In this document: positions 8,964 through 19,057 of the stretch, piece after piece
Layout of the letters: every line of letters starts with the position of its first letter
How positions within the stretch are numbered: the stretch's first letter is position 1
Assembly (NCBI GenBank): GCA_964531225.1
Contig: CAZHDB010000005.1
Location: 7,350-71,349, forward strand
Direction: 5' to 3'
Length of the DNA: 64,000 nt
DNA from: an uncultured Desulfurococcaceae archaeon
Lineage (GTDB): Archaea > Thermoproteota > Thermoprotei_A > Sulfolobales > Desulfurococcaceae
Notes under the pieces: model-generated
Database searches by the model: none
What the model was told of the DNA's origin: nothing
What the model saw: only the letters and a program-made list of their open reading frames with translations
Translations under genes and position numbers: made by a program

Positions 8964-10421
8964 TTGTTTTTGAGTCATAGTATTAGAATTGAAAGAATAG
9001 GTAAGTATGAATGGAGAATACCTAAAGGAGCCAAGTCTTGTATGAGAGTTGATGGTATATTATTTGCCGATGAATATCTTCTACAGAAAGCACGAGAGGA
9101 TCTATCACTTGTACAATTGGCTAATGTAGCATGTCTACCGGGTATACAGAGAGCAAGTTTTGCAATGCCCGATGTCCATCAAGGCTATGGATTCCCAATT
9201 GGTGGTGTTGCTGGTTTTAGTGTTGATGAGGGAGTCATTAGCCCTGGTGGCGTTGGTTATGATATTAATTGTGGCGTTAGATTGTTAAGGACTAATCTAG
9301 ATGAAAATGATGTTAGATCAAGACTTAGTGATCTTGTTACAGCTATTTTCCACAATGTCCCTAGCGGCGTCGGTAGTACTGGTAGAATTAGGGTTAGTAT
9401 TAGTGAATTGAATAAGGTTTTGGACGAAGGAGTTGAGTGGGCTATTTCAAAAGGTTTTGGATGGCCAGACGATCTTGAACATATTGAGGAGCGAGGTAGT
9501 TGGAGAGCTGCAGATTCCAGTTGTGTTAGTAATCGTGCTAAGCAACGTGGCCATAACCAACTTGGTACACTTGGTGCTGGCAATCATTTCCTTGAGATAC
9601 AAGTTGTTGATAAAATATATGATCCAGACGTTGCTAAGACTCTAGGAATTACTCATGAGGGACAAGTAACTATTATGATCCATACTGGTTCCCGTGGACT
9701 AGGACACCAGGTTGCTAGTGATTACTTACTGGTGATGGAACGTGCTATGAGGAAATACGGTATAAGACCCCCTGATCGCGAGCTTGCAAGCTTACCATTT
9801 AACACGCCTGAAGCACAGAACTATTTCAAGGCTATGGCTGCAGCAGCTAACTTTGCATGGACCAATAGACAATTAATCACTCATTGGGTTCGTGAAAGTT
9901 TTAGGCAGGTATTCCATACTGATCCGGATAAGTTTGATCTTGGAATAATATATGATGTAGCACATAACATTGCCAAAATCGAAGAACATGATGTCGATGG
10001 CAAGAGGATGAAGTTAGTAGTACATCGTAAAGGAGCAACCCGGGCATTTCCACCCGGTCACCCGGATATACCAAAGGACTATAAGGACGTCGGACAGCCA
10101 GTACTTATACCTGGATCAATGGGTACAGCAAGTTATGTAATGATTGGCACAACTAAGGGTGCACGTACATGGTATAGTGCACCACATGGTGCTGGCCGCT
10201 GGATGAGCCGACATGCAGCGATCCGTACATATAATCCATCAAGGATACAGCAGGACCTAGCCAGTAGAGGTATTATATTGAGAGCAGCTACACGTAGAGT
10301 CATAGCGGAAGAGGCGCCTGGCGCATACAAGGACGTTGATCGCGTGGCTCTTGTGGCACATCATGTTGGTATTGCTAAATTAGTTGCTAGACTTAGACCT
10401 ATAGGCGTTGTTAAAGGTTAA
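8964..10421 (+). CDS. rtcB: RNA-splicing ligase RtcB
   Basis: Motifs PDVHQGYG, GYDINCGVR, HTGSRGLGHQVA and HGAGR. The second in-frame TTG (8970) is better spaced from GGAGGTG (8956-8962), so the start may be 8970. Confidence 0.9.
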   Translation: MFLSHSIRIERIGKYEWRIPKGAKSCMRVDGILFADEYLLQKAREDLSLVQLANVACLPGIQRASFAMPDVHQGYGFPIGGVAGFSVDEGVISPGGVGYDINCGVRLLRTNLDENDVRSRLSDLVTAIFHNVPSGVGSTGRIRVSISELNKVLDEGVEWAISKGFGWPDDLEHIEERGSWRAADSSCVSNRAKQRGHNQLGTLGAGNHFLEIQVVDKIYDPDVAKTLGITHEGQVTIMIHTGSRGLGHQVASDYLLVMERAMRKYGIRPPDRELASLPFNTPEAQNYFKAMAAAANFAWTNRQLITHWVRESFRQVFHTDPDKFDLGIIYDVAHNIAKIEEHDVDGKRMKLVVHRKGATRAFPPGHPDIPKDYKDVGQPVLIPGSMGTASYVMIGTTKGARTWYSAPHGAGRWMSRHAAIRTYNPSRIQQDLASRGIILRAATRRVIAEEAPGAYKDVDRVALVAHHVGIAKLVARLRPIGVVKG

Positions 10422-11829
10422 ATAAAATATACAATATCACGTTTTCTACGATCATTATAATATTTCTCCAGCTATAAAGACTATACCCATCAATAACTTT
10501 ACAAGCAATTAACCATGCTGGAATAGATGAGGCAATAACATATCCATTTAGTCCACCAGGATCAATGGTTATAAAGGGAGAAGAGGCCATAGAAAGTAGC
10601 CCATAAGCCATAACATATGCTGTAATAGGCAGTATAAGTGCGTATAAGAGAAGAATGCGAGCACGTATAATGAGATGATCACGAATACTATAAAGTCTAC
10701 GCAGAAATTTAACAGTAAATCCTACATGACGACTATGATCATAGGAATATTCGATTGGTGATAAAATCATTTTTAGAATCCTAGCTACAAGAGGGGATGT
10801 ATTGACAATCGATGCTATACGATCACCTTTAAGTCCTATTTTAATCAATCTAGTAATTTCATAGGCTATATCTCTATAACTAATACTTCTATCGGAAAGA
10901 CGTTCAAGAGCCCGATCTATAGTAAATCCATGCTTCGTCTCGCTATAGAGATCTTCTGTTAGTTCATATAGTGAACTCTCAACACTTTTTATCCAATTAA
11001 TGAGGGCTCTTGATATAATGGTTGAAGTAATAGCTACCATAAGAAGCAATGGAAGAACTGTATATATTGGGGCGAATAACGGCAATAAGGAAGATAGTAG
11101 TACGTTTAAATATGAAAGTATTGTTACGATTGAAGGCTCGTATCTATATAACCTATAAACAATATGCCATGATAAAATGAATACAACACTATTAATAGTT
11201 AATAGTACGCAGTAGACGGGAGCTCTAGCTTTAATAGTACCCGGAAGACCAGATAGTACAATGACTGTTAATAGTACTATTAGGTATGCTTCATAAAAAT
11301 TTTCAATAAAGCCTACTACACCATTAATGTTTGTTTCAAGCCTAGACAGTTCCTCATTAAGCATAGTCTCTGTATAATTAAGTGTATCGCCAGTAGTTTG
11401 TAAAATACCTATATATCCCTCAAGAAATCTGGAGAATCTAGTACTCTTGAACACTGTAGCCAACTTAGATAATGCACGTATGTGGTCACTATATAGCTTT
11501 TCAAGAGACACATATTTCTGAGCAACATAACTTAACGTCTTACTGACTTCTATCTCTCCAGAAGCAATCATTCTAAATAAATCATTTACATGTAGACCTA
11601 TGGCTTCAAAGTTAATAAGTAACGATAAAAATTCAAGTAATTCTTTATCTATTTTCCTAATTCTATTTCTAAAAATAAAGATCTTTACATAGGGATAAAT
11701 AATTAATGATATAAATGGTGCGATTACTACGAGGGGATAAAGTCCCAAATAAGTTATAAGCCATAGATAGGTAAGTGCAGGAACTATAGAGATCAATATA
11801 GAGGTTCTTCTAATGTCTTTCATTAGCAT
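10411..11829 (-). CDS. Type IV pilus/archaellum-type polytopic membrane platform protein (TadC/FlaJ-like)
   Basis: 472-aa multi-TM protein. Its start overlaps the stop of the upstream secretion ATPase by 20 nt. Confidence 0.6.
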   Translation of the reverse strand: MLMKDIRRTSILISIVPALTYLWLITYLGLYPLVVIAPFISLIIYPYVKIFIFRNRIRKIDKELLEFLSLLINFEAIGLHVNDLFRMIASGEIEVSKTLSYVAQKYVSLEKLYSDHIRALSKLATVFKSTRFSRFLEGYIGILQTTGDTLNYTETMLNEELSRLETNINGVVGFIENFYEAYLIVLLTVIVLSGLPGTIKARAPVYCVLLTINSVVFILSWHIVYRLYRYEPSIVTILSYLNVLLSSLLPLFAPIYTVLPLLLMVAITSTIISRALINWIKSVESSLYELTEDLYSETKHGFTIDRALERLSDRSISYRDIAYEITRLIKIGLKGDRIASIVNTSPLVARILKMILSPIEYSYDHSRHVGFTVKFLRRLYSIRDHLIIRARILLLYALILPITAYVMAYGLLSMASSPFITIDPGGLNGYVIASSIPAWLIACKVIDGYSLYSWRNIIMIVENVILYILFNL

Positions 11830-13393
11830 TCATAATTGCCTCTGAAATTTCTTCTAATGTAATACTATAGAATCTATGAAGCTCATTAGATAGATCATTA
11901 ATATTGAATACTCCATTGGAGACTAACTGTGATAGGAATATTGTACGATTACTTAGTTCATCGATAGCTGTCTCTTGATCAAGTGATGAAGAGAGTCTTA
12001 TACTATTGCTTACAAGAGCCTCTATACTTTCGGGCTCAAATGATCCATTTTTAAAACACGCTATTTTCCGAAGGCTACGGACTCCATGAACTATCTCATA
12101 AATCTCTTTAACTCTTCTAAATCCCCTACTTCCACTCGGATCCATTATAACTATAGTCCATATACTATCCAATAGATTCCTTGGTATGGATATCGGGGGA
12201 GAAGATAATCTTTCAATAGCTGCTTGTGCATCATCTGCATGCATGGTAGCCAATACTCCATGACCAAGTCTGGATGCCTGTATGAGTAATCTAGCCTCTC
12301 TACCACGTACTTCACCAACAACTATATAGTCAGCTCTTCTTCTCAATGCAAACTTTAGCAATTTATATTCATCAATGTATAAATTAGTATTTGGATTAGG
12401 CCTTATAACCAGGGGATCCCATAATCCAGTTGTTGCCGTTATTTCCGGTGTGTCTTCTATTGTTATCACGCGCTTTGTAGGCGGAATTAGAGTAAGTAGT
12501 GCTTGCAATAATGTTGTTTTACCGGTACCCATACTTCCAACAATCAATATTGATCCGCGGAGTTCTAGAACTAGCCATAGATAGGCTGCTATTTGGGGAG
12601 TTAACACTCCTTGATCTATTAGCCTTGTAATTGTCCAAGGAGTACCTTGTTTCTTACGTAGTACAAAGCTACTGCCCTTCCTAGAAACCTCATTTGAATA
12701 TGTTAAAGCTACACGTATACCTTCCTTCGTTAATCCTTCTGCTATTGGATGAGCCAGACTTAGGTGTTTTCCTGTTTTACGAGCCAGTGCTAATACCAAG
12801 TTATCAATAACTTCTTTATCTAGTACAATGTTTGTCTCCATCCAGCCATACCACATATACTCTCTATGTATAATGAAAACTTTCTTATCATCTTGGTTAC
12901 AGCTTATTTCTTCGATTTTTTCATCAATAACTAATGGATATAATGGGCCATAGCCACTTTCTAATTTACTATAATGATACATTATTGCCATGGGATTCTT
13001 AAAAAATTTATTAACAAGCTCTATATCTTTAGATTCAAGAACCCTAGATATGCACTCTATGGATTTACACTTAGAATATACGTTTTCCTTATAAAGTACT
13101 TCTATGACTTCAATAGAATTACTGTCAATTATAGGTTCATTGACAACGTAGTATAGTTTTTCATTATTTCTTTTAATAATGATTTCGAGGCAATCTCTAA
13201 TATTGTAAATTGAGATTACAGTTCCCGGTATATTGCTCTCTCCTATACAATATTTGCTAATTAGATCTCTTATAACTAGGGATAATTGTTCATCTATGAA
13301 TATATTCTTCGTAAATAATGATCTAAGATCAAAGGATTTATTTCTAAGCTTATATAACAAGTTTGATATTCCATTAAAAATAGTCTTAGGCAA
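11810..13393 (-). CDS. Type II/IV secretion system ATPase (PilB/FlaI-like)
   Basis: Walker A GSMGTGKTT, Walker B/Asp box DYIVVGEVRGREA and His box ATMHA. Confidence 0.8.
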   Translation of the reverse strand: MPKTIFNGISNLLYKLRNKSFDLRSLFTKNIFIDEQLSLVIRDLISKYCIGESNIPGTVISIYNIRDCLEIIIKRNNEKLYYVVNEPIIDSNSIEVIEVLYKENVYSKCKSIECISRVLESKDIELVNKFFKNPMAIMYHYSKLESGYGPLYPLVIDEKIEEISCNQDDKKVFIIHREYMWYGWMETNIVLDKEVIDNLVLALARKTGKHLSLAHPIAEGLTKEGIRVALTYSNEVSRKGSSFVLRKKQGTPWTITRLIDQGVLTPQIAAYLWLVLELRGSILIVGSMGTGKTTLLQALLTLIPPTKRVITIEDTPEITATTGLWDPLVIRPNPNTNLYIDEYKLLKFALRRRADYIVVGEVRGREARLLIQASRLGHGVLATMHADDAQAAIERLSSPPISIPRNLLDSIWTIVIMDPSGSRGFRRVKEIYEIVHGVRSLRKIACFKNGSFEPESIEALVSNSIRLSSSLDQETAIDELSNRTIFLSQLVSNGVFNINDLSNELHRFYSITLEEISEAIMNANERH

Positions 13394-13431
13394 TGATCTA
13401 TCACCTAAATAATAAATAGTATATGATTAGC

Positions 13432-13845
13432 TTAGCTAAGTAGTTCAGCTTCAATAGGCTCAGTAGATTGTCCTTCATAATAAATTATTATATAGTGTTT
13501 TGTATTAGTTAGTGTTATACCGCTTTTAGAAAGAGTTATACTTTTTGTTTCGCCGGGCTTTATAGTCTCATTGACATTGGTGATCTCTATGTTTTCGGGT
13601 AAAATCATTATCTTATTTATTGTTGTAGATTTAGTACCAACAGCGACTACCTTTATATTTACATATATGGTTCCTGTACCTAGATCAACTATTTTAGCTG
13701 ATATAGGGGATAAAGTTACATATTCTCCGGGGGAACTAAGCGTCTCCATTAGATAATTATACAATATTATTCCTCCTGCAACAGTTGCCACAATCAATAT
13801 AGCTGTTGCTACCAATGGTGAAATAGCCCTCACGTTAACACCCAT
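13432..13845 (-). CDS. Archaeal type IV pilin-like protein with class III signal peptide
   Basis: N-terminus MGVNVRA/ISPLVATAILIVATVAGG is the typical prepilin-peptidase substrate pattern. A beta-rich domain follows. Confidence 0.7.
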   Translation of the reverse strand: MGVNVRAISPLVATAILIVATVAGGIILYNYLMETLSSPGEYVTLSPISAKIVDLGTGTIYVNIKVVAVGTKSTTINKIMILPENIEITNVNETIKPGETKSITLSKSGITLTNTKHYIIIYYEGQSTEPIEAELLS

Positions 13846-14015
13846 ATTTTAGAAGTAATGCTTTATTGGGGGACTCATTGAAAGAAATAAATATAGGTTT
13901 TAGGGAGAGTAGAGCGTAACTAATTGCTCCATAAAATCCTCCGCCCTTGTATCCCCGGTTTTAAAAGTAATTAAAAGGGTTAAGGAAATGTATAGAAGAA
14001 GGGTGAAGATTTAAA

Positions 14016-15815
14016 ATGGTAGCCGAGACATTAACGCCAGAGAAATTTAGGGCTTTAAGTCCAGCAAAGTTCTTTGCAAGGTATCGTGAAATAGCAGGAT
14101 TCTCCAATCCCACGAGAGCACTATACCAGACTGTCCGAGAACTTGTTGAAAACGCATTAGATGCTACAGACTCTCATGGCATATTGCCTAATATAAAGAT
14201 CGTTGTACGTCAAAGCCCTACAAATCCGAATCATTACATAGTATCTGTAGAGGATAATGGTATAGGTATACCGCCCCAACATGTGCCTAACGCATTTGGT
14301 AGAGTATTATATAGCTCAAAATATGTGCTAAGGCAGACGCGTGGAATGTATGGTCTTGGCGTTAAAGCAGCGATAATTTATGGGCAAATGACTACAGGCA
14401 ACCCCGTAGAAGTAGTTACTAGTACTATGGGATCTAAAAGAATTTATTATTTTAAATTGAGAATAGACTTGAATAAAAATGAACCTATTATACTTGAACG
14501 TGGTAGTTGGAGAAAAGCTAGAGACTGGCATGGAACAATAGCATCTATAACTATTGAAGGCGACTGGTCTAGGGCTAAGAGATACATCATAGAATATATA
14601 CGTAGAACAGCTGTTATCACGCCGTATGCAAACATAGTATTTGTAGCTCCTGATGGCGAGATCTATTATTATAGGCGTTCAATAGACAGGCTACCATTAC
14701 CACCCAAGGAAGTTAAGCCTCATCCCCAAGGAGTTGATCTAGAACTTCTTAAAGAACTTAGTAGAAATACTACAAAGATCTCCGTAAAGGAAATGCTAGT
14801 CAATGCATTCCAAGGATTAGGCGATAAAACTGCTGAAGAAATACTTAGGCTTTCTGGTATCGATCCTCTTAAGGAACCTAAAAAATTAACTGATAAAGAA
14901 TTAACAAAATTAGCTAATGTTATGAGGGGTGTTGATCTAGAACTTATTCAGAGACTAAGGGATTCGACGAAAGAATCTAAAGTAGTTGATATGTTAGTCA
15001 AGGGGCTTGTAGGTCTCGATAAGAAGACTATTAGAAAAATACTTAAGGAGAAAAACATTGATCCGGATAAAGATCCTAGGCAATTAGATGAAAGAGAGCT
15101 TGAAGAAATAGTATCGGCCTTAAGTAAGATCTATCCTAGAATAAGGCCTCCTACATCAGAAGCCTTATCTCCACTTGGAGAAGATATTATAAAGGCTGGC
15201 TTACAGAGGGTTTTCGAGCCTGAATTTGTGGAGGCAGTAACGCGTAGACCTAAGGCTTACCAAGGCCATCCATTTATTATAGAAGTAGGTATAGCTTATG
15301 GAGGCAAAGTACCCGTTTCTGATAGATACCCCATTCTCTTAAGATATGCTAATAAGATCCCATTGTTATATGATGAGAAAAGTGATGTTTCATGGAAGGT
15401 TATAGAACGAATTAATTGGGAACACTACAAGGTATCATTTCCAGCGCCACTACTCATATTAACACATGTATGTAGTACTAAGGTTCCATTTAAAGGCGTT
15501 GGCAAGGAGAGCGTAGCTGATGTACCGGAGATTGAAAGAGAACTCAGGCTTGCATTAAGGAATGTTTTACGTAAACTAAGGATCTATTTATCTCATAAGA
15601 TTAGGGAAATGGAGAAGAAAAGAAGAATAATAATTTTAACAAGATACGTACCTGAAATAGCCCGTAACCTGTCAATAATATTACGGGACTCGATAAGTCA
15701 TGATAATATAGAACCTTTATTGAAAGAGAAACTTGTAGAAGCAATAGCCTCAAGAATAGGACTTGAAAAGACCAAGGTTCTAGAGGCAATAGCTAATGTT
15801 GAAATAGGTGTTTAG
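14016..15815 (+). CDS. top6B: DNA topoisomerase VI subunit B
   Basis: GHKL/Bergerat motifs ELVENALDA, DNGIGI and GMYGLGVK. The top6A gene follows directly. At 599 aa it carries an internal 66-aa duplication. Confidence 0.9.
   Translation: MVAETLTPEKFRALSPAKFFARYREIAGFSNPTRALYQTVRELVENALDATDSHGILPNIKIVVRQSPTNPNHYIVSVEDNGIGIPPQHVPNAFGRVLYSSKYVLRQTRGMYGLGVKAAIIYGQMTTGNPVEVVTSTMGSKRIYYFKLRIDLNKNEPIILERGSWRKARDWHGTIASITIEGDWSRAKRYIIEYIRRTAVITPYANIVFVAPDGEIYYYRRSIDRLPLPPKEVKPHPQGVDLELLKELSRNTTKISVKEMLVNAFQGLGDKTAEEILRLSGIDPLKEPKKLTDKELTKLANVMRGVDLELIQRLRDSTKESKVVDMLVKGLVGLDKKTIRKILKEKNIDPDKDPRQLDERELEEIVSALSKIYPRIRPPTSEALSPLGEDIIKAGLQRVFEPEFVEAVTRRPKAYQGHPFIIEVGIAYGGKVPVSDRYPILLRYANKIPLLYDEKSDVSWKVIERINWEHYKVSFPAPLLILTHVCSTKVPFKGVGKESVADVPEIERELRLALRNVLRKLRIYLSHKIREMEKKRRIIILTRYVPEIARNLSIILRDSISHDNIEPLLKEKLVEAIASRIGLEKTKVLEAIANVEIGV
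14733..15128 (+). repeat. In-frame tandem duplication (2 x 198 bp) inside top6B
   Basis: Both copies start with the identical 15-mer gttgatctagaactt (14733 and 14931). By hand alignment the 66-aa units share about 25 identities (VDLEL...ML V..GL..KT...IL...IDP.K.P..L...EL). Confidence 0.8.
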
Positions 15816-15829
15816 GGAGGAGATACTAT

Positions 15830-17134
15830 ATGGCCTATATATCGCATATTGATAAAAAAGCTAGAGAAAGAGGAATAGAAGTATTTCGCAATAAGTTCCT
15901 TCGAATAGCTAAAAGGATCCTTGAAGGGCGTCCACCAGTTCTTATTATTCCTAAACGTACACTGTCTAATACTATATATGATGAGAGAAGAAATTTGTTA
16001 TTATTAGGCCCAGAGATGCTTCGAAGAAGCTTCTTAGACGTTAATGAATCACGTAAGTTTATGCAGACAACACTTATGGCGGCAATAATATATGATGCTC
16101 TCGTAAATAATGAGTATCCAACGATTCGTGATCTATATTACCGTGGTAAACACACTATAGTATATCGTGATGAAAAGGGTAGATTGAGGAGTGAATATAC
16201 CTGGAATGAACAGAGAGAAAGCGATAGTGTTATAAGAGATCTTGAAGTTTACCTAGGACTTCTACGTGAGGAGCTATTGATACTTAGTAAGGAGAAGGGT
16301 AAAGTTGTTGGTAATATGAGGATACGTAGTGGGGATGATGTAATTGATCTTAGTAGGATGGGCCACGGAGCATATGCTATAGAACCTACGCCAGACCTCA
16401 TAGAATTTATTGATGTTGATGCAGAGTTTGTACTTGTCGTTGAGAAAGATGCTGTTTTTCAGCAATTACATCGTTATGGTTTCTGGAGAAAATACAAAGC
16501 TATATTGATCACGAGTGCGGGCCAACCGGATCGTGCTACAAGACGTTTTGTAAGAAGACTTAGTGAAGAACTTAAGTTGCCGGTCTATGTACTTGCCGAC
16601 TCTGATCCTTATGGATTCTATATCTATAGCGTGTTCAAGATAGGGTCCATTACTTTATCTTATGAGAGTGAGCGATTAGCAACTCCGGATGCTAAATTCA
16701 TAGGTGTAATGATGAGTGATGTATTTGGAGACGATATCGTAAGGAAGCATTTAAGGAAATTCAAAGCCATCGAGGGAATGTCAGTTGATGAAATAAGTAA
16801 ATTGCCTAGAAAGAAGCCGTACCTATCTGAAAGTGAAAGAAAGAATTACATTATTAAGGCTAAACCGAAAGATGTTGAGAGAGCTGTTGAGCTTGTAGGC
16901 TATGATATCGCTGAAGCATGTTTAAATGACCGTGAGATGAAATCTAAAATTAAGAATAAAAAGGGCTTAGTAGGCTATCCATGGTTCCGTAAACCAGAGT
17001 GGATCCGTGAAATGTGTATCTTCTTCCAAACATTAGCTAAACTCGAAATAGAGGCTATGGCTAGTAAAGGATTGAAGTTCTTAGCTGACAAATACATTCC
17101 TGAGAAGATAGAGACAGGCGATTGGATAGATTAA
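15830..17134 (+). CDS. top6A: DNA topoisomerase VI subunit A (Spo11 family)
   Basis: Catalytic Tyr region IRDLYYRG. Toprim motifs VVEKDAVF and LADSDPYG. Confidence 0.9.
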   Translation: MAYISHIDKKARERGIEVFRNKFLRIAKRILEGRPPVLIIPKRTLSNTIYDERRNLLLLGPEMLRRSFLDVNESRKFMQTTLMAAIIYDALVNNEYPTIRDLYYRGKHTIVYRDEKGRLRSEYTWNEQRESDSVIRDLEVYLGLLREELLILSKEKGKVVGNMRIRSGDDVIDLSRMGHGAYAIEPTPDLIEFIDVDAEFVLVVEKDAVFQQLHRYGFWRKYKAILITSAGQPDRATRRFVRRLSEELKLPVYVLADSDPYGFYIYSVFKIGSITLSYESERLATPDAKFIGVMMSDVFGDDIVRKHLRKFKAIEGMSVDEISKLPRKKPYLSESERKNYIIKAKPKDVERAVELVGYDIAEACLNDREMKSKIKNKKGLVGYPWFRKPEWIREMCIFFQTLAKLEIEAMASKGLKFLADKYIPEKIETGDWID

Positions 17135-17212
17135 ATAGGCAATTAGGTTTTAATAATATAACACTGTTCTGTATATACATATCTTCGTGGATAACTATTT
17201 GGTGATAGAGAA

Positions 17213-17488
17213 ATGCCAATAAAAGTGACAGTAATATTTCTACACAGGGCTGGCGAACTTGTTGGAGATAAACATAGGATTACAAAACTCGAGTTACCAG
17301 ATAATGCTACATTGAAAGACCTTGTAATCACTATAAGAAACAAAATTAGTAAAAGAATTGGAGAGGGCATACTTTCCGGGAGATTATGGTTTAATATAAT
17401 CGTTGATGGGATATCAGTATCTTATCTAAATCATCCATTGAGGAACGGTAGTAGAATAGTATTCCTAACTCCAGAAATGGGTGGCTAG
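17213..17488 (+). CDS. MoaD/ThiS/Urm1-type ubiquitin-like beta-grasp protein with C-terminal Gly-Gly
   Basis: 91 aa ending ...FLTPEMGG immediately before the stop. Pattern typical of MoaD-like sulfur carriers/modifiers. Confidence 0.65.
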   Translation: MPIKVTVIFLHRAGELVGDKHRITKLELPDNATLKDLVITIRNKISKRIGEGILSGRLWFNIIVDGISVSYLNHPLRNGSRIVFLTPEMGG

Positions 17489-17925
17489 TAGCTCGCGAAT
17501 ACTAGTAGAGTATGTTTCAGATATAGTTGTAGCGCTTACTTAGATAGAAGGCATGCTAGGTCATATGAGCCTTTCTTTAAGGCTATTTGGGCTTGTTCTC
17601 GGGACTCTAAGCTCTTCTTCGGAGAACATCAACCTCATATCTATGAGTATTCATTCACCAAGTACATATTATATTAGCAACATACTCGCTACAAAACTGT
17701 CCCTATAGTTTTTATTAGCTTTAACTAGTTTTCTACTTCCTTGGCTATCACTACTGTCTATTAATAATCTTCTTTATTCTATATAGATAGCTATATTTTT
17801 AGTTAGAAGTATGTGATATTCTAAACAACTTTTGAATAAACTTAAATCATTTTAATATGAGCTTCTGGTCTCGGAGAATAGGTATTTCATTAAGCAAACA
17901 TGGAATTTTTAAACCAGACTAAGCT

Positions 17926-18369
17926 TCAGCTAACGGTAAAACTATATTCCTTACCATATTGTAGCGCAACCCTATCAACATACCATAGTTTAAAAATGGA
18001 CATTAAGGTAGCGCAGTAAAGTGTTGGCCAGAACATGTTAACGTATGCAAAATATATTGATGGTACAAAGAATATTGCGGTAAGAGTGTTTAGTAGAAAT
18101 GGTAGATCTGGTTGGGGCTTGCTTCTAAACTTGTTTAGCCATGCTTTTTCGCCTAAAACAGCTTTACTAAACCAGTTGTCGGTTCTTTTAGGTTTCGGGA
18201 AGACTATGGGATTAACTATCGTCCAAAGAATAACTATACCTAGGCCCACCCAATTATGGTACCATATGGTTAAATATAAGAATGGCGAAATAAGCATTCT
18301 AGTTAGTCCGCTCCAAGGATTTGAATGACGTAACCAAAACTCTTTTCTAAGCTTCTTAAGATTAACCAT
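17926..18369 (-). CDS. Hypothetical membrane protein
   Basis: 147 aa with about four hydrophobic helices. Flanked by unusually long non-coding stretches. Confidence 0.45.
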   Translation of the reverse strand: MVNLKKLRKEFWLRHSNPWSGLTRMLISPFLYLTIWYHNWVGLGIVILWTIVNPIVFPKPKRTDNWFSKAVLGEKAWLNKFRSKPQPDLPFLLNTLTAIFFVPSIYFAYVNMFWPTLYCATLMSIFKLWYVDRVALQYGKEYSFTVS

Positions 18370-19057
18370 GAACTATATCACCGCATTAACTTTCTACATT
18401 CACTACTTAAGTACTTTTGTAATATGAAGAAGACACTTTAGCATTAGTGAAATGAAAATAATGTGTAATTTTAAGGTTTTTAGCTACCATTTTGGAATGC
18501 TTTTATCGAAAAATCCCAATGACGGCTTAGTCGTTTTACTTACTATTATTGTTATTATGAAGTATACTCCTTATTATTTAGCGTATTTTAAATGGTGTTT
18601 CCAAAACAAATGTTGTTAAAAATAAGCATTAATACTTAAGCTAGGTGTCTGATGTAACACATGTTTTAGTAGTCCATTTTGTCCTAAGATCTAACACCAT
18701 ACCTTGGAAGAACTGTACCATGCTACTATATGACATTAGCAATAATGTTGCTAACAATGCTGGCAAATATAGCTAAAGCCGTCACTGTAGCAAACGCTGT
18801 TAGAATATCATTTGTGACTATGTATGGAGTTGCCAATAGAAACGCTTAGATAGCGGCTGAGCCAGGTCTCGCTCTTACTTCGTTTTTGCGTGTGTATGGG
18901 ATGCTATATAGAGAGCATGGATCGGCTTTACACGGCTTCAAAGATCTTCTAATTAAATTAGCCCTTCCTAATATTCCATTATTTGTTGTACAAGGCATAA
19001 TGGATATAAAATCCCTTTGTTATATTGTAGAAATAGTTGTAGTAGCTGAGTGGTTAT

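Noticed and set aside
18424-18480. ATGAAGA-12-ATTA-5-ATGAAAA-12-TTAA as a C/D sRNA
   Set aside because: Neither D nor D' resembles CUGA, and the sequence is very AT-rich, so box-like words are expected by chance.
18452-18619. 55-aa ORF (MKIMCNFKVF...GLVVLLTIIVIM...) in the long intergenic region
   Set aside because: It has no Shine-Dalgarno or promoter context that I could recognise and no motif. It is mentioned under the long non-coding flanks finding but not called as a gene.
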